Positions 13,620-27,544 of a stretch of DNA of 64,000 nucleotides are shown in pieces. The DNA comes from Paraspadella gotoi (Eukaryota > Animalia > Chaetognatha). A model generated the notes under the pieces. It made no database searches. It was not told where the DNA came from and saw only the letters and a list, made by a program, of their open reading frames with translations. The first letter of the stretch is position 1. Every line of letters begins with the position of its first letter. The position numbers and the translations under genes were made by a program. Location: NCBI GenBank assembly GCA_051294375.1, contig CM119264.1, positions 11,816,392 to 11,880,391 of the forward strand, written 5' to 3'.

Positions 13620-13927
13620 TTTTTTATTATTATTAATATTATTAATAACTTTTTATTTTATTATTAGCATTATTATTCATTATTATTATTATTATATTAT
13701 TATTATTATTATTATTATTTATTATTATTTTATATTATTAATATTATTATTATTTTTATTATTAATTTATTATTATTATTTTTATATTATTATTATTATT
13801 ATTATTTTGATTATTATTAATTATTATTATTATTATTATTATTATATTTAATTATTATTCATTTTATTATCATTATTAATATATTATATATCATATTATT
13901 ATTATTATTATTATTATTCATTATTAA
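13620..13927. repeat. (ATT)n microsatellite (duplicate at ~21214-21435)
   Basis: Direct reading. Confidence 0.95.
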
Positions 13928-14315
13928 CGTACTATATTTTTGAAATTATATTAAATTCGTTATAAAATACAAAAAACTGTTATTCCTGAAATTCTAATAA
14001 AAATAACGAAAAGAAAGGTTTAATCATCATAATCATGGTCGGTAGGCACCTTTTTAAATCAGGTTTTCAAAGTTGCCGAAAGAAAAAAAAAATTCATTAA
14101 TGGACCAGAAAACTTTGTTCGAAAATGAAGTATGCTAGAAAACTTGGGCCTTGAACCTTCCACCCCTTCTGCCCCTCGCTTCCCGTTGAACGGCCCATGC
14201 CTGCCCTGCAAGCTTAATGGAGAGGACGGGAATACCGAATTGGTTCGGCATGTCCGCCATATTTGGAAAATTGGCGCCATTTTTTGGCGTCATGTCGCCT
14301 GCGTGGGAAAGAAGA

Positions 14316-14367
<52 letters not shown>

Positions 14368-15323
14368 AGATTTTCCACCTGTATTTTCAGCGCAAATGTC
14401 TTATGAAAGAATCAATGGCAAGCTTCAATCTTTCGTGATCTCACTAATGTTTCTTTTCATTTCATTTCTTTTTCTCAAGAAGGAAAACTCGACTTTAATT
14501 TTAAAAATGAAGTGAACTTAAATGAAATAAAGAGCATGAAGAGATAATCAGAAGAAAACAAGAAACTGGCTGAAAATTCCGCTGAGCCTCGATTTCAGTT
14601 TTTTTCGCTCCATCAATTTTTCTTTCATAGACGTGAGACGGAGTCGCATATTTTTTTTTTTTCACGATGAGTTGGGTGGGCGTTGGCGCCGGTTTCAAGC
14701 CTACTGGAGTTGTTAACACCAATTTTACACACTGTCCTGGAGTCAGTCGGAAAACACAGAAACAAAAATTAGAAACAAAAAAAAACCGCTTAACGCTGGG
14801 GCAATGACTTTGAAATCCCGCGTTTTGTCAGATAATCTCGGAAAAAGTCAGGCGCTTAGAGAATTTAAAAGATAATCTACCCTCTAACAATCCGATGATA
14901 AGATAGAAAGAGAGAAGAAAGAGAGAGATAGAAAGAAAAAGAAAAAAAAAAGAAAGAAGAAACAATAAAAAAGAAAGAAGAGAAGAAAGAAAGAGCAGAA
15001 AGAGAAGAAAAGAAAAGAAAGAAACGAAAGAAAGTGAAAGAAAAAGATGAAAGAGAACTAGTAAACAACGAGACTAATCAAGAAATGAAAAAATCCTATT
15101 AATTAGAACGAGAATATTAAATTCATCAAGGGGAGTTGAATGACGAACGAAAATCGCGATAAAAAGCAGGACGTGACATTTCGACGAATATATAGTTTTC
15201 GCCAGGTTATTTTAGCGATGAACGAATATAAGTAATAAAGATTAGTAATGTTTCTATCGCTTCTTTATTAGACTTCCGGTGACCATTTCGTATAAACAGC
15301 TCTATATTTCATTTCGCCAAAGC

Positions 15324-16598
15324 ATGGCGAAATCCTCGCCGTTTTCCTTGGTTTTTAAAGGCCATCGTCCTGCAACGTTTTGGATGGCAGACCGACAGAC
15401 TTGAACCATCGTGGATTTCGTCTCGCTCGTCAGTCTTATCTCAAAGGCTTCGGAATGGGGCGTCCTCGCCAAGTCGTCTGGAATCCCAGCTTCGTTTCAA
15501 CGATCTACGGGTGGATGATCATCTTTCAAATCGAAGGCAGTTATCCTCGGTTGTGGAAAAGGGTGGTGGGAACAGGCCCTTCTTTGGTCGCACCTTACTC
15601 GGGTCTCGGAATTCTCTCCTTCTCTATCGATTCTCTATTTGATGCGAAGGAAGCAAAGCAAAACGGACTTTCGAAATTGTTGCTAAAAAAGGAAAACACA
15701 CTCCGAGTATCTTGTTCTAAAATTCCTGAAAAAAGATACACGGGCCTTCATTGTTGGTTAAATGTTAAATCTATTTTAGTTAAAAATTATTTTTTTTTAA
15801 ACACGTGTCCGCTAATTTTGCAGCAATGATCTCGCTATCAGTCCTTCTGGAAATCGTATCCAAGATGGTATTTGCAACACGGGGTCGTCATAATCGCTTT
15901 GACAAGAGGAACCAAGGAGCAATGTAATTCAAAAAATTTCTTTCAGCAAGGTGGTTAACAGGTCTGTTTATGCTTTCACACCGATGGCGAAGTTAAGAAT
16001 CTTGTGCTCCCTTGCACGTGCAAGCTCTCCATACAAATCTTACGCCCGCAAGAGAATGATTTATCATTGCGAGTGGAAGGTCACCCATTATTTTGGTGAT
16101 CATATCGGTTGTTGTCTCGAGCGTGAGCTTGGCAAGACTGGCTGCCTGCGCGCTCGAACGGATCAGATCGCAATCAGATCGAAACCTGCAACTACGCCAC
16201 GCGTTGTTGGTTCCGCGCAAAACGTTTTGGGTCTTTCCGTCTGCAATGTTTTTGATGTACGTGAGCGGCATCAAATTGTCGGCTTGTTTTTTATTTTCGC
16301 CCCTCTCTTGATTATTCCGGGTCCTTTGCCTCTCTCTGAAACTCTGGGATCCAAATTCGAATTTAAAGCTCAATCTTCAATTTCGAAAGCGAACGAGATG
16401 TTGGGAAAGGCGGCGCTCGTCCTCTCTGGAGAGAGCTGTCGTCCACGGTTGCATTTTTTCATTTTGGCCTTCTTGGAACGTGAAGAAGAGATCTCGAATA
16501 CGCCAGGCAATTTCTCTACCTTCCCGAGATGGGGAGTGATATGAACAAAAAGTGGGACATAAAGCCGATTTTACATAGTTTTTTAAAGTATTACATTC
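15324..16598 (+). pseudogene. Frameshifted partial copy of the XK-related gene, probably uncorrected long-read sequence rather than a true pseudogene
   Basis: Matches 22814-24065 including the intron. It has many 1-bp indels and few substitutions, and ends at an adapter-like remnant and a 25-N gap. Confidence 0.8.
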
Positions 16599-16599
16599 A

Positions 16600-16615
16600 A
16601 TCTCTCTCAAAACAA
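16600..16615 (+). other. PacBio SMRTbell adapter-like remnant
   Basis: ATCTCTCTCAAAACAA begins where homology to copy B stops. It resembles the adapter start ATCTCTCTCAACAACAA and is followed by the 25-N gap 16618-16642. Confidence 0.65.
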
Positions 16616-18253
16616 TGNNNNNNNNNNNNNNNNNNNNNNNNNCTAATGTAACTTTCTAGTTTTATGACTAACATTGTTATGGTTTCACTGTTATGTTATT
16701 CACAACTTCGTAATTAGATCATCTATGGCTTCCTTTGGACTTCAATGTAATCATTTATATAAAATTTGGTGAAACACTAAGCATAAAAATGCTATTTTTT
16801 TTCCGCTAATATTTGCGTAAATCTTCGACTTCAGACGAATTTCACTCTATTTTTATCCACCCGCGGTTTTCTTTCGTCGTTTTAACTTAACAGTCCAAAA
16901 AAACCCAGCGACGTAAATTTAACGACTTTTTTTTTTAAGCGCCAAAAAAGAAAAAAAAAAATCACAATCCATCGTCGGTCGATTTTCGAATTCAAGGAGA
17001 GAAAGGCAGAGGGCTCTTACTCTTCACGTCCCTAGCAAACAAGAGAGAGACTCTCATCTCTCTCTCTCTCTCTTCTCTCTCTCGTCTCTCTCTCTCTCTC
17101 TTCTCTCTCTCTCAGATGGAGAAAAAAAGATTTAAGCTCCTGCATTGTATATTCAATTCTACACATCACATGGGATCGGGGCAAGGTGGACTCATGTCCC
17201 CTTTTGGGAACATAAATTGCCCTCTTTTAAGAGCGCGGGAAAGAAAGGTGGAAAGGGAGGTATTGGAGGTAAGCTAGGGGTAACAGCGAAACGGAGAAAA
17301 GGAGCAGAGAGAGATGAGAGAGAAGACGAGAGAGAGAAGATGAGCAGAGAGAGAGAGAGAGGAGAGAAGAGGTGAAAGAGAAAGAGTGAAAAGTAGAGAG
17401 CGATGAGAGAGAAGAGAAAGATAGTCGCAGAGAGAGAAAGAGAGAGACGAAAAGAGAGATGGAAAAGGAGAGAGAGAGGGAGAGAGGAAATGAGAGAGAG
17501 AGAGAGAGAGAGATGAGAGAGATAGAGGAGAGGGTAGAGTCGCAGGAAGCGGATTGTGAAAAGCGCATGGAAAAAAGTTATTTTAAATTAAAAACCTTTG
17601 TGAGACTGGAAACCATTTTCTTCTTCAGCCGTAATCTCTTTCAAGTTTGGGAAGTTTACAACAAAGAAATGAGAATGGGGTAAATCATTGAAAAAAAAAC
17701 TTTAGAAAAAACAGAAAAACCAAAATGATGCATTGCAATGTGTTTCGGCCTGCACTGACTTTATTTCTTAGCTTCGTGGTCATTATGATCATTTGCACTG
17801 CATCGCAAATAACTCCGTCTTTTATTCCTTTATACCGTTTTTTAGGATTTCCTGGATGCCGGCGCTAGCAGGTCCACTTAGATTTGAGATTTTTTTTCTG
17901 TTTAGACCAAATGAGCCAACCAATCTATGGCGAACTATATGCATTTTTAACGAAAAGTGGAACAGACCGACCGACAGGGACCGACCGACGTGCCGGCGGA
18001 AACTAAAAAGGAGAGAAATAACTAGAGGCTGCTACAATGACTGTACATAGGCGACAACAAAAAGACGAGAAAGACCTTTTGGTTGTTTTTTTTACGTTTT
18101 CTGTACGTTTACAAACATTGTAAAACTCGACCGAATATAGGCTAAAAATCAGAATCGCTTTTAAGGAAATTAATTTTTGTATACCCGTCAAGTGACACAT
18201 TCTCTTTCCTCTCTCTCCCATCTGCTCCTCCTCATCTCTCTCCTCTCATTCTG

Positions 18254-18284
<31 letters not shown>

Positions 18285-19778
18285 GTCTCTCTCTGCTCCC
18301 TCTCTCTCTCTCTCTCCCCGTTCTCCGTTTGATGAGCGCGCGCCCCACGGAGTCGACGAGTTAATAACTTCCCGGTGAAAGGTGGCGCGTTGTGGCTCTG
18401 GGTCTGAGTGGAGCGGAAATGCACCGTGTGGGTCGAAGGGAATATTAGTGGTGCCATCGCCCTTTTGTGTTGAGTCTGGCTTCGGTTGAAAGATGAGAAC
18501 GCAATGAGATGAGAGTGTAAAATGAGAAAGCGTAAAATGAGAGTGACAGATGTGGGGAGTGTTTTATGGCGAGGAAAGAGAAAGGGAGTGGAAGTAAAGT
18601 ATGAAAAAAATGACCTTTGTGCTTACAATTGTATTGTATAGAATGTATACCATGTATACGTAAAAAGATTAAACGATAATGGCGAAAGGGTGGATGAAAA
18701 ACGGCATAACTCGGGAGGGGGGAATTACAATAATGTAAATAAAACATATGGAAGCCAAGCAGTAAAGGTGGTAAGCGAATGAGAGTTAAAGCGGAAGAGA
18801 CAGAGTGAAAAATGTAAGCGTCTCGTTCGCGAGTCAGCATTAATGAGAGAAGGGGCCGAGGGCGGGGAATGAGCACCCGTCCCACCTGAACCCTTAATGA
18901 GCCCGGAAAGTTTTTAAGTTCGGAGCGATGGAGACTCGAATTTCTTTTCTTACTTTCCTTTCCTTACTTTAAGGACTTTTTAAAATTCCCCGTTTTAAAA
19001 GTTGAAATGATTTTTTTTTATCGCTTTGAAATATTTCCGTGTCTTAGACCGAGCCGAGGGTTGTGAATACCACCGAGGCAGCAGCTGCCAAGGCCGAAGC
19101 CAATCGGGCGACGGGAAAAAAAATGTTGAAAAAAAATCTGAATCACTTGATTATCATCCGCCAATCACGCGCGTCAATCGAGCGCCGACCAGAGCGTCTG
19201 GCGCCAAACAGATTCCTGCTTTTTTTGAATGAATCATTTCTGGTCGTCCGAAGAAGAAGTCGATTTCGATGTCTCCCTCTCCAGCTCCCTCTATCTCCAG
19301 ACATAGTAAACACCGAGCGTGAGTAATAAAGAATTAAAGGCTGAAAGAAAAACTAGGAAAAATAAGTTAAATGGAACTTAAGTACTTTCCCGATTTTAGC
19401 CTNNNNNNNNNNNNNNNNNNNNNNNNNNNNNNNNNNNNNNNNNNNNNNNNNNNNNNNNNNNNNNNNNNNNNNNNNNNNNNNNNNNNNNNNNNNNNNNNNN
19501 NNNNNNNNNNNNNNNNNNNNNNNNNNNNNNNNNNNNNNNNNNNNNNNCTCTCTCTCTCTCTCTCTCTGTCTCTTTCTCTCTAGAGCGAATAAAAACCTCC
19601 TCCCACACCGATTTGTTTTATTCTCCCGGAATCCGTCCGGAATCTCCGCAGAGTTTCTCGGCATTTCTCGGAAATGCTCGGCGGAATCCGCAATCAATTT
19701 CTCTTTGCTTTTCCGGGAGTCACTAAGACGAATCGAGGACATGAGTCACGCGGATTAAGGGAAAGAGATGTGAGTGTG

Positions 19779-19820
<42 letters not shown>

Positions 19821-20234
19821 AGAGAGATGAGAGAAGAGGAGAGAGAGGAGAGAGGAAGAGAGAGAGAGAGACGAGAAGAGAGAGTCATGAATGGATTTAT
19901 AACTGAAGTCATTGGAGGGAAAAATCGAAAATTTGAAGAGAAATGGCAGCGGATGAACTTTGAGAGGGGAAGAATAGAGCAGAACGAAGAGAGAGAGAGA
20001 GCAGAGAAAGAGAAGAGAGGGAGAGAGAGAAAGAGAGAGAGAGAGGGAGAGAGAGAAGAAAAGCAGTTAAAAATGTGGAAATATAAAAAGCGGGAGAAAG
20101 AAAAGAAAGATAAAGAAAAACTAGAGAAGAAAAAATGTTATAAAGATTGCACGGAAAGTTTGATGGCCAAGAGAAAAAGTAAGAGAAGAGAGAAGAGAGA
20201 GAGAGACCGATGAGAGGAATAGAGAGAGAGAAGA

Positions 20235-20275
<41 letters not shown>

Positions 20276-21241
20276 TTCCGGGTGAAGGTCATTATTTTTC
20301 CCGTCGAAGTAAGTTGCTCTCGGTTCGCTTGGGGGTAAAATTTTTTAGGCCACGGAGTCTCGGAGGAGATGAAACACCATAAAATCTTCCATTTATTCAC
20401 AACATCGGTGAATTAACGATAGTAACAAAATGAAGGTAACCCGTCAAAAGCCTTCGAGGGAAAAAGTTCATTGAAATTAATGAGCTTCTTTCATTTTTCA
20501 TAAGGTTACGACTATATATTTATACCAAAAAAAAAACATAATACGGAAATTTTAAATGAAATTTGATATCAAATATGTAATTTTAGAAGGTCATCGATAA
20601 GTAATAAGATCGCAGCGCTGCCGCGACGGCTCGCTGCGCAGACCCGCAACCCTTCGACCCGCGAAACTCGTCAGAAACTTAAAAGGGCAGAAAACGAGGA
20701 CGCGGCGCGGGCGATTATCCCGACGAAAACCTAAAGGGGCAGAAAGCGGCCACAATCCAGACAAATTATCCCAACAACCTAAAACCTAAAAGTCTGTAAC
20801 GAGCGAGCGGCCGGCGCTCGCGCGCTCGCGAGTCTCGTAACATTTCGAGAGTCTCGCGAGCGGTCGGACTCGCGAGCGTAAAGCCATCGTTGCCAACTGC
20901 GACCAATTTGCGTCGGCCATTAGTTCCGTCGGCGTCTTCGCTTTAAGGGGCCGCCATCTTTACTTTTAGAAAGACAAACAAATGTCGTGAGAATCATAAG
21001 AAAAAGAATAAAAATGCGAGTCTTATAACAAACAAGTAATTTGAAAATTTTCATTCAATTTTCGTTTGAACAATAAAAAAAAAAATTCACATGTTTTCAA
21101 CCGGAGGAAAGGTTGTCTTCAAAAATGGAGAAATATTTTTTCACGACGATCATATTATTGGATTGTCAGTTAATAACATCGTGATAATGCAATTTGGCAT
21201 ATTAATTTTTTCTATTATTATTAATATTATTAATACTTTTA

Positions 21242-21277
<36 letters not shown>

Positions 21278-21815
21278 GATTATTGATTATTATTATTATT
21301 ATTTATTATTTATATTATTATTTACTTATTATTATCATTATATTATTAGTTATTATTATCTATATTTTATTATTATTATAGTATTATATATTATTACATT
21401 GATTATTATTATTATTATTATTATCATTATTATTACGTACTATTATTTTTGAAATTAATATTAAATTCGTTATAAAATACAAAAACTGTTATTCCTGAAA
21501 TTCTAAAAAAATAACGAAAAGAAAGGTTAATATCATAATCATGGTCGGTAGGACCTTTTTAATCAGGTTTTCAGTTGTCCCGAAAGAAAAAAAAATTCAT
21601 TTAATGTGACCAGAAAAACTTTGTTCGAAAATTGAGATGCTGAGAAAACTTGGGGCCTTGAACCTTCCACCCCTTCTGCCCCTCGCTTCCCGTTGAACCG
21701 GCCCATGCCTGCCCCTGAAGCTTAATGGAGAGGACGGGAATCCGAATTGGTTCGGAATGTCCGCCATATTTGGAAAATTGCGCCATTTTTTGCGTCATGT
21801 CGCCTGCGTGGGGAA

Positions 21816-21869
<54 letters not shown>

Positions 21870-22434
21870 CCACCCTGTATTTTCAGCGCAATGTCTTATG
21901 AGAATCAATGGCAAGCCTTATCTCGGTCGATCTCACTATGTTTCTTTCTTTCATTTCTTTTTTCTCAAGAAGGAAACTCGACTTTAATTTTAAATGAAGT
22001 GAATTAAATGAAATAAAGAGCATAAGGGATAATCAGAGAAAACAAGAAACTGCGCTGAAATCCGCGAGCCTCGATTTCAGTTTTTTTTCGCTCCATCAAT
22101 TTTTCTTTCATAGACGTGAGACGGAGTCGCCATATTTTTTTTTTCACGATGAGTTAGGGTGGGCGTTGGCGCCGGTTTTCAAGGCCTATGGAGTTGTTAA
22201 CAACCAATTTTACACACTGTACCTGGAGTCAGTCGGAAAACCAACAGAAACAAAAATTAGAAACAAAAAACCGCTTAACGTGGGGCAATACTTTGAAATC
22301 CCCGTTTTGTCAGATAAATCTCGGATAAAGTCCAGGCGCTTAGAGAATTTAAAAGATAATCTACCCTCAACAATCCATATAAGATAGAAAGAGAGAAAGA
22401 AAGAGATAGAGATAGAAAGAAAAAGAAAAAAAAG

Positions 22435-22458
22435 AAAGAAAGAAACAAAAAAATAAAA

Positions 22459-22550
<92 letters not shown>

Positions 22551-22556
22551 AAAGAA
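22435..22556. repeat. (GAAA)n tetranucleotide microsatellite
   Basis: Direct reading. Confidence 0.95.
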
Positions 22557-22813
22557 CTAGTAAACAAACGAGACTAATAAAGAAAAAAAAATCCTATTAA
22601 TAAGCGAGAATATTATTCATCAAGGGGAGTTGACTGACGACGGAAAATCGCGATAAAAAGCAGGCGTGACATTTCGGACGAATATATATTTTCCCCAAGT
22701 TATTTAGCGATGACGAATATAAGTAATAAAGATTAGTAATGTTTCTATCGCTTCTTTATTAGACTTCCGGTGACCATTTCGTATAAACAGCTCTATATTT
22801 CATTTCGCCAAAG

Positions 22814-23186
22814 ATGGCGACTCCTCGCCCGTTTTCCTTGGTTTTAGCCATCGTCCTCAACGTTTTGGATGCGACGACAGACTTGAAAACCATCGTGGAT
22901 TTCGTCTCTGCTCGTCAGTCTTATCTCAAAGGCTTCGGATGGGGCGTCCTCGCCGTCGTCTGGATCCACAGCTTCGTTTCAACGATCTACGGGTGGATGA
23001 TCATCTCTTCAAATCGAAGGCATTATCCTCGGTTGTGGAAAAGGTGGTGGAACAGGGCCCTTACTTTGGTCGCCCTTACTTCGGGTCTCGGAATTCTCCC
23101 TTTCTCTATCGATCTCTATTTGGATGCGAAGGAAGCAAAGCAAACGGACTTTCGATTGTTGCTAAAAAAGGAAAACACACTCACAG
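22814..23186 (+). CDS. XK-related (Xkr/CED-8 family) membrane protein, exon 1
   Basis: ATG in strong context (AAGATGG). MATPRPFSLVLAIVLNVLDATTDLKTIVDF has the XK-type TM1 DxxTD pattern. Donor AG|GTATCT at 23187, phase 1. Confidence 0.85.
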
Positions 23187-23308
23187 GTATCTTGTTCTAA
23201 AAATTCCTGAAGAAAAGATACAGGGGCCTTCATTTTGGTTAAATTGTTAAATCTATTTTAGTTTATAAATTATTTTTTTTAAAAAACCGTGTCCCGCTAA
23301 TTTTGCAG

Positions 23309-25305
23309 CAATGAATCTGCTTCAAGTCCTTCTGGAATCGTATCCACAGATGGTATTGCAAACAGGGGTCGTCATTATCGCTTTGACAAGAGGAACCAAG
23401 GAGCAATGCTATTCCAAAAAATTCTTTCAGCAAGTGGTTAAAGGTTCTGTTTATGCTTTCAACGATGACGAAGTTAAGAATCTTGTGCTCCCTTGCACGT
23501 GCAAGCTCTCAATACAATCTTACGCCCGCAAGAGAAAGATTTATCATTGCGAGTGGAAGGTCACCCATTATTTTGTGATCATATCGGTTGTTGTCTCGAG
23601 CGTGAGCTTGGCAAGACTGGCTGCCTGCGCTCGAACGGATCAGATCGCAATCAGATCGAAACCTGTGCAACTAGCCCACGCGTTGTTTGGTTCCGCGCAA
23701 AACGTTTTGGGTCTTTCCGTCTGCATGTTTTTGATTTACGTGAGCGGCATCAAATTGTCGGCTTGCTTTTTTATTTTCGCCCCTCTCTTGATATTCCGGG
23801 TCTTTGCTCCCTCTGAACTCTGGATCCAAATTCGAAATTTAAAGCTCAATCTCAATTTCGAAAGCGACGAAGAGTTGGAGAAGGCGGCGTCGTCTCTCTG
23901 GGAGAGAGCTGTCGTCCACGGTTGCAGTTTTTTCATTTTGGCCTTCGTTGTGAACGTGAAGAGAGATCTCGAATACGCCAGCAATTTCTACCTCCCGAGA
24001 TGGGGAGTGTATGACAAAAAGTGGGACATAAAGCCGATTTTACAGTTTTTTAAGTATTACAATTCGTCTAGTCTCGGTGGGGTCGACGAAGCTGCCGGAG
24101 TATGCTTGAACGCGAAAAATGTGCTGGGAAATACGGATTGGGCGCAACTCCACTTATTTTCTGAACCAAACGTGGCCAACTTGTTAAGAGCTGTTTGCCA
24201 ACGAAACCCCAACGAAGTTCAGTATCAAATAAACGTGGCGGTGGGAAATTATAAATATTTGGATCCGCCGCAATGGACGACGCTCTGCATGGTTTTGATC
24301 GACTCGATCGCCGGACTTTTTTACATGATCTCGCTCGCGCCTGACGGTCGCGAATTAACTTCTTCGTTGGCGCCTTTGGGTGTTTTCACGATTTTTATTC
24401 TGTTGCTTTTGCTCAACGTCGTTTTCACGATCAGGCTGGAAACAGCGCTTAATCGTTCCAGACGGTTCTTATTCAATCCCAGGAAAAGAAAGTTCGCGGG
24501 CGTTGATTTCTTTCTGAAAGATTTTTCCCGCTTCAACAAATTACTCGCGCTAGTGTTTCCTCTCGCGCTGTGTCTCGCTGGTTTTGTCGCCCTCAAAAAA
24601 ATCTTGTCGATTTCTCGAAACAAAATTTCGTTTGTGACTTCGGTTTTTCTCGGACTTTCGTCCGTCACGGTTCCGTTTCTCGTTTTCGATTCCATTCGCG
24701 GCGATTCCGTGCGAAAGGAATTGAGAATCGAGTTCGAGCGGCTTTGCCCGTTGGATAGTCGCCATCGGCATACTAACGCCGAGTCGCTGGAACGCCTTTT
24801 TGGAAAGTATTTACGTTACGTCTGCTACAACAGAAATTTATTTCCGTTCTTTCTCATTTCTTTTCTCTTATTTTTCGCGGTTTCTTCAACCGTGAAGCTT
24901 TCCTCCGCCAAAGCTATTAGGTTTTTTTACAAGATGGTGCTTTTCTTCGGAGGCGTTGCTGTTTGTTTTGTGACGTCCCAACTTTTAAAAAAATACGGCG
25001 ACTCGGTGAGAAGTGGGGATCACGTGAGGGCGTTAGACCAATCGAAAATGAGATTAGATTTGGACTTTGGCGGGTTGTCGACGCACGTGGTTCCGACTCT
25101 GTGGACGATTCGCAAATCCCTGGTCAACTGCTGCGGAAAAGATAATACGAGCAATTTGTACATTCAACACAGATGCCGACTGATCGAAAATCCTCAACGC
25201 GACTTTGCGAAAAACGTCGATAAAACCGACACTGATTTTTACAATCCGTCTTTTTTGATGTATTTGATAGTTCCCTCGCTGATTGTAGTTATCTTCGTCG
25301 AGTAG
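23309..25305 (+). CDS. XK-related (Xkr/CED-8 family) membrane protein, exon 2 (spliced product ~789 aa)
   Basis: 122-bp intron 23187-23308 with branch site GCTAAT and acceptor TTTTGCAG. G+CA gives Ala in frame with the 664-aa ORF. Motif LLESYPQMVLQ matches the XK-family LESxPQLxLQ signature, followed by ISVVVSSVSLA and many TM segments. Confidence 0.88.
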
Positions 25306-25447
25306 TTTTGAGCTTAAATTTTCCAGATATTTTAGAACGTCGTAATTCGTCGTATTACGTAGTACGTAGTATTTCGTAGTATTTCAATTTAATACTTCTT
25401 TTATATTTTTTGTACGTGTACTAGTTGTTTTAACATCATGGTAAAGC

Positions 25448-25453
25448 AATAAA
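25448..25453 (+). terminator. Polyadenylation signal of the XK-related gene
   Basis: First AATAAA, ~140 nt after the stop codon, with T-rich downstream sequence. Confidence 0.55.
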
Positions 25454-26180
25454 ACATATTTGTTCTCCATCTGTCTTTAAATTCTTAATTCATGTTTTTA
25501 TGCTTAAAAGCCTTCTGTATTAGTCTCATATAATATATATTCTCATATATTCTCATATTATTCTAATTGTGGTCAATCTTTTTCGCGAAAAAACTCAAAA
25601 GGAAAAGGGACAGAAAAGACTCTCACGTCCGACCTTCCGGTTTAACTTGCACGCACTTTATTGGCAACACATCTTCGTCACGCGTGCGAACCTTAAAATG
25701 CACGTGAGAAAGTGCGCGCGAGGCGTCTCTGGGCGACGATGAAACCACGAAAAAGTCAAAACGAGACTGACTTTTGAGAGAGAGGGATGGATAGAAGTGA
25801 GAAGAATAGGCAAGATAAAAGAAGGAAGAAAAAAAAAGAGAAAAAATGGAAGGCAAAAAAATAGAGAGAGGATGCCAAACGTCGGGGAAAAAAAAGAAGG
25901 GATGAAACAAACAAAATAATTTGTAAAAAAATATGAAGAAAGAAAAACGGAAATGAATGCGATTTAAAATAAGAAAATAAAATGAAAGAAAATAAAATAA
26001 AGAGACTGAATGTGAAGGATTCATGATTAAAGGCGAGTTGAGGAAAGTGTAAAGATAAAAATTCATGGTGTGAAAGAATGATTTTTAGAAAGAAAAAAAA
26101 ATAAATCGGGAGACGAAGCATTTAAAACTTTTAAATTAGTTATAATACGTCACTAACGTCACGCGAATTAAAATAACAAA

Positions 26181-26336
<156 letters not shown>

Positions 26337-26614
26337 AAAAGAGAGAAACTTGGCGCCGGTGTTTATCGAGGAAACGACGACAGGTGGCCAGGGAAAGAGG
26401 AGGAGAGGGTGGAGGAGGAAGGCGATGGAGAAAGAATCGAAGGGGAAAAAGGAGAAGATGTTTAAGAGACACCGACTGGCACGAGGCCAGGAGATGAGAT
26501 GGATAAAACATGACGTGATTTGCATAAGAATATGGGTGCAGACGAAATACAACAAAACCTCGGCATACATAATCTGAGGCAAAAACGATCGTCTCCAAAC
26601 AACATCTACTCTCT

Positions 26615-26688
<74 letters not shown>

Positions 26689-26930
26689 GCTATTTTTTTT
26701 TCTCTCTCTCTCCCCACATCTCCCTGCCTCATATCTTTGCCTCCCTATCTCTTCTTCTTCAAAATTTTTTTTTTCATATCTACAAATTATCTTTTTTTCC
26801 TCCCTATCTCCATCAGCTCCCTTCCTCCCTAATTATTTTCTGTCTCCTTTCGAGGGTGATAGAGATAGAGACTCTCTCAGCGCCGTAATGCCGATGCCTC
26901 GCAAGAGAGAAAGGGAGACAGCAAGAGAGA

Positions 26931-26963
<33 letters not shown>

Positions 26964-27544
26964 CAGAGACAGACAGAGTCATCAATGACGTCATCAATGG
27001 GAGCGCGGGGTTCATCGTCGAATCGTCAAAGGGAAGTCTTGCCTCTTTCTATTTCGCGCCAACGCGGTCGACGAACCTCGTTAAAAACTCTGCCTCAAAA
27101 TTTAGAGAAAAGAGAAAGAACATTGAAATGACCTCAGAGCGACCTTAGTTTTGTCTCAATGGTAAATTAGAGAATTTTAATTTATTTTATCTTCGATAGA
27201 GAAATACTACAACCAAATTTATGTATATATAACTCTTTTCTGGTGATAATATTTTTTAGGCTATCTTTCTCAAAAAACAACAACTGAAATTAAACAGTTT
27301 GATTGAGTGCAAAGAGGGCCTAGGCTTTACATTGGGATACAAATAGAGGAGCAAAAACGTGCGAAAAGAGAAGATTAGGCAAAATGTAAGTAAAATAAAA
27401 AAATCGGAAGAAATTGTTCAAAATTTGGTTGTCATTCTCGTCGATATTCTTTAGACTTAACTCGGATGATAGAGGATAGACCAGAACGAAATCACAAAAA
27501 AAAATAAACAAACCCAAGGAAAAAAAACATGTTTGTTTACACGC

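Larger units (their letters stand above)
9069..16598 (+). repeat. Tandem duplication copy A (~7.5 kb), probable gap-overfill artefact
   Basis: Collinear with 16643-24065 from CTAATGTACTTTCTAG to AAGTATTACATTC. The copies differ mainly by 1-bp indels and are separated by exactly 25 N. Confidence 0.92.
16643..24065 (+). repeat. Tandem duplication copy B
   Basis: Collinear with 9069-16598. Noisy at its left (gap) end and clean at the right end, where the intact XK-related ORF lies. Confidence 0.92.

Noticed and set aside
15324-16598. Tandem paralogue or true pseudogene of the XK gene
   Set aside because: Indel-dominated differences, an adapter-like end and the 25-N gap point to raw long-read sequence.
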